Positions 30,557 through 40,520 of a stretch of DNA of 64,000 nt are shown piece after piece. Below the pieces are notes generated by a model. It had not been told where the DNA came from. It did no database searches and saw only the letters and a program-made list of their open reading frames with translations. The translations under genes and the position numbers were made by a program. The DNA is taken from contig JBCBZT010000003.1 of the NCBI GenBank assembly GCA_039815185.1, positions 186,010 to 250,009 of the forward strand, read 5' to 3'. Numbering within the stretch: the stretch's first letter is position 1; each line of letters begins with the position of its first letter. This DNA is from Cyanobacteria bacterium P01_A01_bin.123 (lineage in GTDB: Bacteria; Cyanobacteriota; Cyanobacteriia; Phormidesmidales; Phormidesmidaceae).

Positions 30557-30901
30557 TACCAAATTTTATGGCCGAATCTTATGGAATGTACGTCATCCCC
30601 TTTGTAGGGAGATGAGTGTTGCCGTGAAAACTAAAATCACGCTTAGGCAATTTGTGGAATGTACGTAACCCCTTGTGTAGGTAAGGAGGAGCTATTGCAC
30701 GTATTTTCGGGTTGCCTGCGATCGCAGGCAATCAGCCCCAAACCTGATAAGCTTGATGTCTCCTTGGACTATAATCCCAAGTCACAGGTTCCCAGGGTTC
30801 TAAACCGCTAAATGCTCTGTAGGTTATTGTGTATATAAAGGCACACCTAACCTGCGACTGTGTTTCTGCCTTGCTGCTGTCGCTTAGCTTAGCTTAGGAA
30901 A

Positions 30902-32287
30902 GTGATTGATAGGTTTAGCCACGTAGATGGGGTTAGCAATAAAGATCGGGGGACATCACTGAATCGCTCTGAAAGTACTTCAAGAGATATTCAAGTCGCC
31001 CAGCAGACGATCTACGATTTTCTACTCGTTAGCGTCAAGACCCTATCTCCCTCAGAGGTCTTGGCAGAATTCAAGCAGCTTTTCATTCACCATAGTGAGA
31101 CCCTTAATTCCGAAACGTTGCCGGCGCTATACATCATCGTGTTCGCCAATCAAGAACACGAATTTCACAACACGCTCAAACGAGCATGTTACATCCTGAT
31201 TAATAACTGGGAGCTCAAGCGAGAGCATGGAGCAATTAAAAGCTTAATTGAGGTTTTCTCTGACCCAGTTTTACAGCGCAAAACTTATTCTCCAACCCTC
31301 AAGCGATTGCGGCAGTGGCTCAAGCGCTTTATCGAAGGCGAAGACTTTAACGCGATTAAGCTATTTGCCGCTCGATTTACTGAAAAGCAAGAAGAAGAAC
31401 CTTGGACAAGGCGGTACACCTCTTACTTGCTAGTGCCGCAATATATCGATCCTCAAAATCCTGCTGAGCAGCGTGAAGCTGCCCGCAATCTCTCAAGGCG
31501 TCTGAAGGATCAGTTTAAGTTTGATTTGGCCATGTATACGGCCCATTCCCAGGCTCCAAGTGCGCTGAGAAGTAGCCAGCGCTACACCAATCCTACCCAG
31601 CTAGGGGAGGAAGCGCTACGGATGGTCAAGATGATTGTGGCTAAACGGGGTCGATTTAGTCACAGAAATCTTGCCCGTCTGTTCTTACAGCAAACTCGAG
31701 ATCTGCCCTATCGAAAATTCAAGCAGAGTTTAATTGCGTATCTGCTTTTTTCGACCAATCAAAAGGTTTTTGCCCACACTTTGAAGGCTCGCTTGCTTGA
31801 GCATTTGGCTAAGACTTACCGTGAGGAAGATGACCTCGCGCGGAATCCTTCATTGATTCTCAAGACTTGTAATCGTGTCATTGATTTGTTGACGACTGAA
31901 AATAAGCAAAAGCCCTCTGAGTTATTTACATTATTGCTCTCCCAAGAGACACCGCTAACCCTGGCTATTGTCTTGTTGAAGCTGATTTTAATTTCGCCCA
32001 AATCATTGGTTTACCTAGAAGCTAGGCTGGCGGATTTGTTGCGCTATTATGATCAGTTTCCCCGGGCTGAATGTAACTGGGTGATCAACTTCTTAGAGGT
32101 CTTTGGTGTTACCTTTGCAATCTATGCCCAGAATGTAGAATATAATTTGGTTAAGGCGAATGGTGCCGATCCTGATCATGTTTTCGTAGCCGATGGCGAG
32201 ACATTGAGTGAGGCAGAACTTGAAGCTTGCCGAATCTTTTCGCAAGCCATTCGCAACCCTCGTTTCTCTGAGACAGCCGATCCTTAA
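30902..32287 (+). CDS. Conserved cyanobacterial hypothetical alpha-helical protein
   Basis: 461 aa ORF; LKRACYILINNW, RRYTSYLL, FKFDLAMY, NPTQLG blocks; function unknown. Confidence 0.75.
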   Translation: MIDRFSHVDGVSNKDRGTSLNRSESTSRDIQVAQQTIYDFLLVSVKTLSPSEVLAEFKQLFIHHSETLNSETLPALYIIVFANQEHEFHNTLKRACYILINNWELKREHGAIKSLIEVFSDPVLQRKTYSPTLKRLRQWLKRFIEGEDFNAIKLFAARFTEKQEEEPWTRRYTSYLLVPQYIDPQNPAEQREAARNLSRRLKDQFKFDLAMYTAHSQAPSALRSSQRYTNPTQLGEEALRMVKMIVAKRGRFSHRNLARLFLQQTRDLPYRKFKQSLIAYLLFSTNQKVFAHTLKARLLEHLAKTYREEDDLARNPSLILKTCNRVIDLLTTENKQKPSELFTLLLSQETPLTLAIVLLKLILISPKSLVYLEARLADLLRYYDQFPRAECNWVINFLEVFGVTFAIYAQNVEYNLVKANGADPDHVFVADGETLSEAELEACRIFSQAIRNPRFSETADP

Positions 32288-32533
32288 ACCCTATCTGGGT
32301 TGAAAACTTGAGTGGGGCGTTAGCGTGGCCATGCCCAGAGAGAGGGTTATGAGGTCTTTCACCTCTGCAAGGAAATCCCCTTGAGATCTTATAGCGCTGG
32401 CCAGATTGCTTAATGCACCGAGTCTCGCTGGGATGCTCAGTATACAAGCAATCTGACTCGCCGTAGCGTACAAAGCTTTGTGGCTACGGCTACAGCTCAG
32501 CGAGATTGTGGATCTAGATGTGGATGTAGTTTA
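32285..32533 (+). repeat. MITE-like repeat ends flanking ~190 bp of extra sequence
   Basis: TAAACCCTATCTGGGTTGAAAACTTGAGT at left, GTGGATCTAGATGTGG..TTTA at right; begins at the stop codon of the upstream gene. Confidence 0.55.
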
Positions 32534-32551
32534 GATCTCAGGTGATTTGGC

Positions 32552-33943
32552 CTAAAGGGGCTGACTTGTTGAAGGACACTGGTCTTGATCAGCCTGGGGG
32601 TGATGCTTATACCAGCAGTGCAGGGCTAGGCGATGAATTTCGCGCCAGGGGAGTTGATGTTGTCGTGCTAGCTGGGCACAGTCTTCATACTCAGGTTGGA
32701 CGTTGAGCAGGGTATTGGTTTTCGGCTGCCGCCCCAGCTTGAGCCGAACTTTGCCATAGGGCGTGTCAACGGTTTGAAAGTCGCGTTTGAGAATTTGGCG
32801 GTGCTGGACGGTGTGTCGAATGCCTAAGGTAGTGGTTTCTTGAAACAGGATGGTTTGGCAAGAGAGCACTTGCTCGGCAAAGCAGAGAACGGTAATCAAA
32901 TGGCCTGGTCGCGATTTCTTCATACCAATGGGTTGGGTAAACACATCCCGAGCACCGACGGTCAACAATCGATCAAAGAGATAGCCAATAGCTTGGGGGT
33001 TGAGATCATCAACTTGGGTTTGGAGTTCAATGATGGTTTCTGATTCTCCCTGAATTGGGCTGTAGGTCTGCGGTGTCGATATCGAGTCAGAGACACCCTG
33101 ATCTGGCTCAGGTCTAGATTCAGGGGCATGGCTGTGGGGAGTTCGAGTTGCTTGCCCAAAGCTGTCCTGCTCAGTCAAGGCGACATGGCCAATCCACAAT
33201 CGTAGAATATTAGGGATAGGTAAATCACGGCTCCCTGCCCCTAACCCGACGGCCGTCAGAGTCATGGTTGGGGCAGGGCCAAATTGCTGGACTAGGGTGG
33301 TCGCGATCGCAGCCCCAGTCGGCGTCACCAATTCTTTCTGAATACCGTTGCTGTAAATTGGCACTTGCCCCATAACCATCAATCGCAGCACTGCTGGTGC
33401 CGGCACCGGGAGTTGGCCGTGGGCCGCCCGCACCAGTCCGCCTCCAGTGGGTAGGGGGGAGCAGTAGAGAGTCTCAATTCCTAACCAATCAAATCCCAAA
33501 CAGGTGCCCACAATATCCACAATGGCATCCGCCGCGCCGACTTCATGGAAATGCACTTGATCGACAGGAATGCCGTGGACATCGGCTTCTGCCCGGGCCA
33601 GTTGGCGAAAGATGGCTAAACTCCAATGGGTGACTCGGGGTGGGAGTTGGGCTTGCTGAATGCGTTGTTCAATCTCTGGGAGGTGGCGTCCACTGTGGGT
33701 GGGGTGGTGGTGGCCCTGCGCCAGTTGATCATCGTGCTGTTGCTGTAAAGCTACGACGACGTGGGTTGCTTGCTGCCCATTACGCTGTACGGTGCCAGCC
33801 GATAATGTATAGTCGTTGCTCAACCCTAATTGACTCAATTGACGCTCTAGGTAGTCCAACGGCACGCCAGCATCTACCAGCGCCCCCAAACACATATCCC
33901 CAGAAATCCCAGTGGGGCAGTCCAAATAGGCTAACTTTTTCAT
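32552..33943 (-). CDS. larC: Nickel pincer cofactor nickel-insertion protein LarC
   Basis: YLDCPTGISGDMCLGAL, His-rich loop, VHFHEVGA.DAIVDI, ELVTPTGAA, MKKSRPG, ETTTLGIR, PEYEDC. Confidence 0.93.
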   Translation of the reverse strand: MKKLAYLDCPTGISGDMCLGALVDAGVPLDYLERQLSQLGLSNDYTLSAGTVQRNGQQATHVVVALQQQHDDQLAQGHHHPTHSGRHLPEIEQRIQQAQLPPRVTHWSLAIFRQLARAEADVHGIPVDQVHFHEVGAADAIVDIVGTCLGFDWLGIETLYCSPLPTGGGLVRAAHGQLPVPAPAVLRLMVMGQVPIYSNGIQKELVTPTGAAIATTLVQQFGPAPTMTLTAVGLGAGSRDLPIPNILRLWIGHVALTEQDSFGQATRTPHSHAPESRPEPDQGVSDSISTPQTYSPIQGESETIIELQTQVDDLNPQAIGYLFDRLLTVGARDVFTQPIGMKKSRPGHLITVLCFAEQVLSCQTILFQETTTLGIRHTVQHRQILKRDFQTVDTPYGKVRLKLGRQPKTNTLLNVQPEYEDCAQLARQHQLPWREIHRLALHCWYKHHPQADQDQCPSTSQPL

Positions 33944-34011
33944 ACAACTCGGAAGATGACTACGGTAATGGCTGATGATGGAACGCAGATAACAGCAGTG
34001 GTCTTCAGCCC

Positions 34012-34671
34012 ATGGCCAAGCGATACAATATTCACCCTGACAATCCCCAAACTAGAGATATTGAGGCGGTCACAACGGCCCTAAAGCAAGGTGCACTGAT
34101 TCTTTATCCTACTGATACGGTCTACGCTATTGGCTGCGATTTGAAGGCTAAAGCGGCCATTCAGCGGGTTAGGGCACTCAAGCAGTTGGCCAACGATAAA
34201 CCGCTGACATTTTTGTGTGCGTCGCTGTCTAACATTGCTGACTATGCCCATGTTAGTGATATGGCCTACCGCATCATTCGCCGGCTGATTCCTGGCCCTT
34301 ACACGTTTTTGTTGCCTGCAACCAAAGCTGTGCCCCGCTTGGTTATGAGTCCTAAACGACGAACAACGGGGATTCGAGTCCCAGACTCGGCAATTTGCTT
34401 AGCCTTAATTGGTGCCCTGAGAAATCCCATTATTTCAACCTCGGCCCTTTCCATTGTCGATCGCTATGGCTCACCTGTAGATCCAGCCCATTTGTCGAAG
34501 GCAGAGTTATTTGACCGGATGGACGGATTAATTGACGTAATAGTAGATAGCGATAGGGATCTGAGCTATCAGGTCTCCAGTATTCTGGATTTGACCGCCG
34601 ATCAGCCTAGGATGACACGCCGGGGGCTAGGTTCAGATGTTGCGATCGCGTGGGGCGTTGTGCCCCAATAA
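34012..34671 (+). CDS. Sua5/YciO/YrdC family protein (threonylcarbamoyl-AMP synthase family)
   Basis: IHPDNPQ, YPTDTVYAIGC, PGPYTFLL, GIRVPD, STSA. Confidence 0.9.
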   Translation: MAKRYNIHPDNPQTRDIEAVTTALKQGALILYPTDTVYAIGCDLKAKAAIQRVRALKQLANDKPLTFLCASLSNIADYAHVSDMAYRIIRRLIPGPYTFLLPATKAVPRLVMSPKRRTTGIRVPDSAICLALIGALRNPIISTSALSIVDRYGSPVDPAHLSKAELFDRMDGLIDVIVDSDRDLSYQVSSILDLTADQPRMTRRGLGSDVAIAWGVVPQ

Positions 34672-35037
34672 CCAGGCTAGGTTGAGACAGTCTCTACAGT
34701 CAGTCGTCCAATTGTGTAGACTGTCCACTCAACTGGCACACCAAAAAATAAATGTAAAGTTTTGTAACGAAGATACGTAATCTCTCTTCTTTTTGCGTTC
34801 CCGCTCGTCTGCGCTCCACCCACCTGCGATATCCAGTCGCTTTTGTTAGGGATGTGATGGCGATGGTATAGGTGCTTGGGATAGTGACACACCCTAGAAC
34901 CTGACGCGGGGACTTCATTTCTAGAGTAAGGATAGCGATGGGCGATATGCCCCATCTGTTGTTTTACAACAGCACCGTGCTTTTCACTGAGAAGCGATCG
35001 CCGCTCCTTAACGTTTGATTGTGCATCCCCAACTGTT

Positions 35038-36387
35038 ATGAACCTCCAATCTGCATCGCATTCTACCCACGATCAATCTACGATCGCGGCTTCCGTTGCA
35101 CCTACTGCAACTGCTTACAAGGACACAACGCCCCTAACGGTCAACTCGGGTGCAACTGTTTCAGCCAAAGAACCGGCTAAAGAACCTGGCCAAATTTGCC
35201 CAGAACCAGCTGCCGATTCTACTTGTAAAACGTCAGGGGCAGCCTATCCCTGGCTTTACGGCTACGTTTTGCAAGAACTATTCAAAGCGGATTTAGGCAG
35301 CCGTCGATCAGTTGAAGGCGTCGCCTACCGCATCAGCGTTGAAGTCGAACGGGTTTGCCAAAAAAGTCAACGAATTCAACAGTCTGGTCAGGTGGAAGAC
35401 TGGCTCAAGTCATTAGCGCAACATCGCCTGCAAAAGTGTTTAGACTACTACCGCTTGGGGTCTCGCCAGGGACGGGTTGAACTCCACGGTCGGCTGAGTG
35501 CCATTGCCTACCGATACATTGCGCCCAACCATACCCCATTAGGTTTTCAAGGTCGCTACACCCTGCTCGAAGACTTTCTGCAGAGCTTCTATGTGGAATC
35601 TTTAAAGGCCTTTCGGCGAGAAAACCCCTGCGAGGCAGACTACACCCCCCGAACTCGACTTGAACTAGCTGAATATATGGCCTTTAGCGAACACTACGCC
35701 AAGCGCCGGATTGCCCTACCGGGGTGTAACAACCAGCAGTTGCTGATTTTACGCGCTCAGTCCTTTGCCAAACGCCAGCCCACAGAAGCTTATGTGGACA
35801 TTGAGTTGGCCATGGAATCTCCTCGGGATGAAGAGTCCGACGGTTATCTGCGAACGGCACCGATGCAGCAAATCCGAGAGCACATGGTGGCTGAAGCGAT
35901 CGATCCGGTGGAGTCGGTGGTGCGCGATCGGATTGTGCACACCCTAATGGATTATTTGCGCGATCAAGATCAAGACGATTGCGTTGATTACCTTAGCTTG
36001 CGCCTGCAAGATCTCTCTGCTTCAGAAATTGACGAGGTTTTGGGACTTAGCCCCCGCCAGCGAGATTATTTACAGCAACGCTTTAAGTATCATGTGGAAA
36101 AATTTGCCCAAGTGCACCAGTGGGAACTGGTGCATCAATGGCTTGGTATCGACTTGGAACGCAATCTGGGACTTTCCCCCAGCCAGTGGCAGGCCTTTTT
36201 AGCAGATCTCCCCAACGACCAATGCCAATTGCTCCAACTCAAGCAACAGCAATTGCTAGACGATGAGGGCCAGGCGCTCTCTGACCAAGTCATCGCCCAG
36301 CAACTCAACTGTACTGTCAAACAGGTTCAACGGCGCTGGGGCAAAATCATCAGTGCTGCCTGGAAATTCCGTAATCAGGCCAGCTAA
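35038..36387 (+). CDS. HetZ-related protein
   Basis: EVERVCQKSQRIQ, YYRLGSRQGRVELH, LIEDFLQxFYxE-like block, ELAEYMAF, RQRDYLQQRFKYH, WELVHQWL recognised as the HetZ family. Confidence 0.8.
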   Translation: MNLQSASHSTHDQSTIAASVAPTATAYKDTTPLTVNSGATVSAKEPAKEPGQICPEPAADSTCKTSGAAYPWLYGYVLQELFKADLGSRRSVEGVAYRISVEVERVCQKSQRIQQSGQVEDWLKSLAQHRLQKCLDYYRLGSRQGRVELHGRLSAIAYRYIAPNHTPLGFQGRYTLLEDFLQSFYVESLKAFRRENPCEADYTPRTRLELAEYMAFSEHYAKRRIALPGCNNQQLLILRAQSFAKRQPTEAYVDIELAMESPRDEESDGYLRTAPMQQIREHMVAEAIDPVESVVRDRIVHTLMDYLRDQDQDDCVDYLSLRLQDLSASEIDEVLGLSPRQRDYLQQRFKYHVEKFAQVHQWELVHQWLGIDLERNLGLSPSQWQAFLADLPNDQCQLLQLKQQQLLDDEGQALSDQVIAQQLNCTVKQVQRRWGKIISAAWKFRNQAS

Positions 36388-36401
36388 GTGCTTAGCATCG
36401 T

Positions 36402-37118
36402 TTATCCGTTAGCCACGTCTGCCATATCTTCGGGTGGCTCAAACTTATAGCCGACGCCACGTACGGTTTGAATCAAAGCTGGCTGAGTTGTATCGATTTC
36501 AATTTTTTTACGAATTTGACCAATGTGCACATCGACAACCCGTTGATCCCCAACATACTCGTAATCCCAAACCTTTTGAATGAGTTCAGCCCGCCGCCAA
36601 ACGCGACCGGGGTGGCTTGCCAAAAAGTGCAGCAGATCAAACTCCAACGCGGTCAATGGCACCATCTCATTGTTTAAGGTGACTTCGCGGCGCACCGGAT
36701 CGATAGCCAGTTTACTGAAGGTGAGTCGCTGCTGTTCGGCAGCGGTAACCGGCCGTTGACGCTTGAGAATAGCACCCACTCGAACCTCAAGTTCACCCAA
36801 GCTAAACGGTTTGGTCAAGTAATCGTCAGCACCTTGATTAAACCCCCGGATTTTATCAGCCTCGTCGGTTCGACTCGTGAGCATCAACACAAACACGCCA
36901 GTGCGAGTCTGCATCTCCTTACACAGATCGTAGCCGTTAGCATCGGGTAGGTTAACATCCAATACCACTAAATCGGGATTGGACTGCTCAAACACCGCAA
37001 GGGCGCCCTTACCGTCTTCCGCTGATTCCATTTGGTAACCCTGCTTGGAAAGAAACCGATAAATCAGATTGCGGATTGCGGGATCATCATCAACGACAAG
37101 AATTTTGGCAGCAGCCAT
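36402..37118 (-). CDS. OmpR-family response regulator
   Basis: ILVVDDD, LVVLDV, GADDYLTKPF receiver; LTALEFDLL, VDVHIGQIRKKIE, TVRGVGY winged helix. Confidence 0.95.
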   Translation of the reverse strand: MAAAKILVVDDDPAIRNLIYRFLSKQGYQMESAEDGKGALAVFEQSNPDLVVLDVNLPDANGYDLCKEMQTRTGVFVLMLTSRTDEADKIRGFNQGADDYLTKPFSLGELEVRVGAILKRQRPVTAAEQQRLTFSKLAIDPVRREVTLNNEMVPLTALEFDLLHFLASHPGRVWRRAELIQKVWDYEYVGDQRVVDVHIGQIRKKIEIDTTQPALIQTVRGVGYKFEPPEDMADVANG

Positions 37119-37571
37119 GGTAACTAACCTTAGCAATGAGATAGTAGACATCATAGGGGCAAGTACAAAACCTGAGCGAGGATTTGTTTACCCTTTAGCA
37201 ATCATGCTTTAAACGTACTTCATGAACCCTAGAGCTTATCAGCGGAAAAATAAATCCGCGAACGACATCTCCCCAAACAATTTACCCAAAAAACCTAACT
37301 AGTATTCATTACAAGCACAGGAACAACCCCACTCGCGACGAATGGCAGGGCAAAATAGGGGCTAGAACCCAATGATTAAATAAAAGCTTTATCACAGCTA
37401 GCTTCCCGATCCGTCGGGTACATAGTTACACTGAGGACTAGGATTTATCAAACCATAATCGATACTGGCAATCATCGATAGGGCAGTTTCAATCTGCTTA
37501 ATGTCTACTCGGCACCAGTTATGAAAATTAACAAATCTTTATGAGCCGGGAGGTTCTCCGGAGGGTTCTGA

Positions 37572-38180
37572 ATGAGTGATCAAAGTTATTACGAAACACT
37601 GGGATTGGATGAGTCGTCCTCATTTGAAGACATTCAAGCGGCACGCGATCGTCTGTTGACCCAGCATGGGGAAGATAGCCCGCGACGACAGGCAATTGAG
37701 TCAGCCTACGATGCAATTTTGATGGAGCGTTTGAGGCTGCGTCAAGAAGGCAAAATCAAGGTTCCTGATCGGATTCGGTTTGCTGAAAAGGTGGCTGAAA
37801 CCTCTGCATCTCCCAAACCTGCCCCCCTGGCTTCGAGTCCGAGTTGGTTAGGTCAGCTGTTCGATAGCCCAGATCGTCAAGATGTGATTCAGCCTGCTAT
37901 TGCGTTTTCTGTCTTGGCGCTGCTCGGAGTTTACTATCCCCCTTTGGCGTTGGCCTTTGGTACAGGAAGCACCATCTATTTTCTAAACCGCAAAGAGCAT
38001 AAGCTTTGGCGAGCGATTTTGCTGACTATAGCTGCCCTAGTGATTGGTTTAACTTTGGGTTTAACGATGGGACAGTTGCTGATTCCTCAGGGCGTTGAGC
38101 TGGAATGGGCGACCCCTGAAGCGATCGCGTCACTGATTGCCTTCTTTGTGTTTTGGTTGGTGAGCTGCTTTCTGCGATAA
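37572..38180 (+). CDS. CPP1-like (DUF3353) J-like membrane protein
   Basis: YETLGL...SFEDIQAAR, IESAYDAILMERLRLRQEGKIKVPDRIRF, C-terminal TM helices. Confidence 0.88.
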   Translation: MSDQSYYETLGLDESSSFEDIQAARDRLLTQHGEDSPRRQAIESAYDAILMERLRLRQEGKIKVPDRIRFAEKVAETSASPKPAPLASSPSWLGQLFDSPDRQDVIQPAIAFSVLALLGVYYPPLALAFGTGSTIYFLNRKEHKLWRAILLTIAALVIGLTLGLTMGQLLIPQGVELEWATPEAIASLIAFFVFWLVSCFLR

Positions 38181-38234
38181 GGCGATCGTGCGCTAACAAC
38201 GTCCTAGTCGATCACGGTGGGCAGGTCGCTAGGG

Positions 38235-39332
38235 CTATAAACTGCCCCGCTGTCGCTGTTCCCGTTCCATGGCTTCGAATAAGGCTTGAAAGTTGCCTTC
38301 TCCAAATCCTTGAGCTGTCAGGATTCGATCATTGATCTCGTACTGATAACGCTCGATGATTTCAAAGAAAAAAGTGGGTTTACCAAAAATTGGCTGAGTG
38401 AAGGTCTGGAGCAAAATCGCCTGGGGCATATCTGGAGGCCAATCTACTAAAATCTGTTGGGTTGCGATCCCCTCCCAGTCCACCCCTTGCTCCCTAAAGC
38501 CAGGTCGTTGGTGTAATTGCTCGTAATAGGTTTGGGGTACAGAGAGGAACTCTAAATGGCGCGATCGTAAGGCTTTTAGGGTTGTCACAAGGTCTTGGGT
38601 GGCCAAGGCCACATGCTGCACGCCAGCCCCCTGGTTGTAATCAAGAAACTCTTGAATTTGGGAATTGGTAGAGGTTGGTTCATTGATCGGAAGCTGTGCT
38701 GTCCCTGTGGGATGTCGCAAAACCTGGCTAGCCAAACCTGAATATTGAGTATTAATCGTAAAGCTTTGTTGCTGCTGAAACCCCAGCCCCTCTTCGTACC
38801 AGGCGATCGCCCGCTGGAGCTCGCCCCGAGCAACATTGATGACCGCGTGATCAATGCCCAAAAAGTAGACGTCTCCACTAGGGGAATCGGCCCCAGTCAG
38901 ACTTTGCTCGTTCTGCCCTATCCCGGGTACCTGGGGGGCCTGACCACAGCGTTCTACCAGGGTATGGCAGATAGTTCCCCAACCCTGGACTTGACACCAG
39001 CGCAGCAGTCCACGTGGATGTTGCTCTGTTTGGATGGGTTCGAGCAGCGGCATTCCCGCTGCAAGTGCAGCAGCAACCGTGGCCTCTAGATGAGAGACCT
39101 CAAATGCCACATTGACTAATCCTGGAGGGTGATGATTGAGGTAGTTAGCGATGGCACAATCGTCGTGCTGAGGAGATGACAGTACGATTGTGGCCCCCCC
39201 TTGGGTCAATATAATGGTGTGTTGGTCGTCCGTCTTGGTGTCGGCAACGGGCTGAAAGTAGAACTGTTTGACAAACCAAGTTCGCCAGTAGGTTGCATCT
39301 TTAACGTAGAACTGGAGATAGCAAATATCCAT
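38235..39332 (-). CDS. hppD: 4-hydroxyphenylpyruvate dioxygenase
   Basis: IDHAVINV, PINEP, SQIQEFL, GVQHVAL, LLQTFT, FFFEIIER, GFGEGNFQALFEA. Confidence 0.95.
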   Translation of the reverse strand: MDICYLQFYVKDATYWRTWFVKQFYFQPVADTKTDDQHTIILTQGGATIVLSSPQHDDCAIANYLNHHPPGLVNVAFEVSHLEATVAAALAAGMPLLEPIQTEQHPRGLLRWCQVQGWGTICHTLVERCGQAPQVPGIGQNEQSLTGADSPSGDVYFLGIDHAVINVARGELQRAIAWYEEGLGFQQQQSFTINTQYSGLASQVLRHPTGTAQLPINEPTSTNSQIQEFLDYNQGAGVQHVALATQDLVTTLKALRSRHLEFLSVPQTYYEQLHQRPGFREQGVDWEGIATQQILVDWPPDMPQAILLQTFTQPIFGKPTFFFEIIERYQYEINDRILTAQGFGEGNFQALFEAMEREQRQRGSL

Positions 39333-39373
39333 AATTGACTCAAGGCCAGATGCCTTGATAACCGTAACCTACT

Positions 39374-39441
39374 TAAACCCCATCCGCTTTGAAAACTTGA
39401 GTTTTAGCCCAGGGAAAAACCATGAATCTGGATGTGGTTTA
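39374..39441 (+). repeat. Best-conserved copy of a dispersed ~70 bp MITE-like repeat
   Basis: TAAACCCCATCC...TTGAAAACTTGAGT...GGGAAAAACCATGAATCTGGATGTGGTTTA; 12 bp terminal inverted repeat with one mismatch. Confidence 0.8.
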
Positions 39442-39475
39442 TTAACCCCCAAGGGTTGCCATTGGGAAGATAGGG

Positions 39476-40279
39476 TTAAGTTCCGGTGCTCGCAATCACC
39501 CGGTCAGCGGCTTGAGGCTGATATTGCTGTGGGGAATATTGGTCAACGTGGCGAAAGATGCCAATGGGCGGGGTCACGCGACAGGTGAAAAACTCTACGG
39601 CGACCTGCTGGTTCGGTAGGGTTTTAACCTTAGGCGAAAAATCCTTAGGTGGAGAGGTTCTCCACTGCCATTGCCGTTGGGGTGGGATCTGATTAATCAA
39701 GCGATGGTGGGCCCATCGGGTAAATTTGCCCGTGCGACCAAGTTCTTGCAATTCCCGGGAAAGAATGGAGGCCGCTAAAAAAGAGGTCGGGGAACCATCA
39801 CCGTCAATTGCCGCCATCATTGACTCAAAAGCGCCCTCGGGATGAGGTGGAATGTCATAGCCTTTAGCCTGGGTGATGGCCTGTTCTAAGCAGGCGGTTG
39901 TGCTGAGATGCTCGGGTAATGCCCAAGTGATTCCTGTGCCTAAGCTGCCCTTGCGAAAAAGATAGGTGACTAATTGGGTTTCAGGCTTCAAAAATAAGCC
40001 AGGTAACTTAGCAATGACTGCTGCCGGATCAATGGTGCTAATGAACCAGCGCCCTTCTGTATTAGGGGCAGGAACATCGTCTTCAGGCAAACTGCCCAAC
40101 CGAAATAGATCCCCCAATTCACCGAGCGAACTTGGCTCAGGAATCTCTTCGGAACTATCCTCATCCACTGTTTGGGCAGGCGATTTAGGAAACTGTTCTG
40201 AAACAGGTAACGCCAAGTGGGTTTTGATATAGACGCTGACTTTTTGAGCAGCAGTAACTGGAAACTTTTGAAGCGGCAT
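39476..40279 (-). CDS. Hypothetical protein
   Basis: 267 aa ORF with normal composition; no recognised family. Confidence 0.7.
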   Translation of the reverse strand: MPLQKFPVTAAQKVSVYIKTHLALPVSEQFPKSPAQTVDEDSSEEIPEPSSLGELGDLFRLGSLPEDDVPAPNTEGRWFISTIDPAAVIAKLPGLFLKPETQLVTYLFRKGSLGTGITWALPEHLSTTACLEQAITQAKGYDIPPHPEGAFESMMAAIDGDGSPTSFLAASILSRELQELGRTGKFTRWAHHRLINQIPPQRQWQWRTSPPKDFSPKVKTLPNQQVAVEFFTCRVTPPIGIFRHVDQYSPQQYQPQAADRVIASTGT

Positions 40280-40520
40280 GAACCCACAATTAGACGAGAT
40301 GACATCCTCTCAACGGTCAATCAGAACTCAGCATAAGTGTGTCCTATCCCCGTGTCCTCAGTATTCCCGCTGAAGCCTGGACAATCAAGATCGCGACCTT
40401 TATACCTAGCTATCACCTGCATTTGCTTAACTGATAGTTTCGGACAGTTTGCTGGAGAACTTGAACAGCGAATACTGAAATGCTTGTATAAGAAGGCACA
40501 ATATATTTTTCGCAGATCTG

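Noticed and set aside
30360..30557. ORFs overlapping tRNAs (30360-30557 and 51833-52042)
   Set aside because: Antisense translations of tRNA/intron sequence; no homing endonuclease ORF is present in the intron
30579..30681. Mini CRISPR array (two ~30 bp repeats, 43 bp spacer)
   Set aside because: Only two imperfect units, no CRISPR-type terminal motif or hairpin, and no cas genes in the window
32552..33943. larC as evidence of a lactate racemase cluster
   Set aside because: No larA/larB/larE nearby; stand-alone larC is common in cyanobacteria
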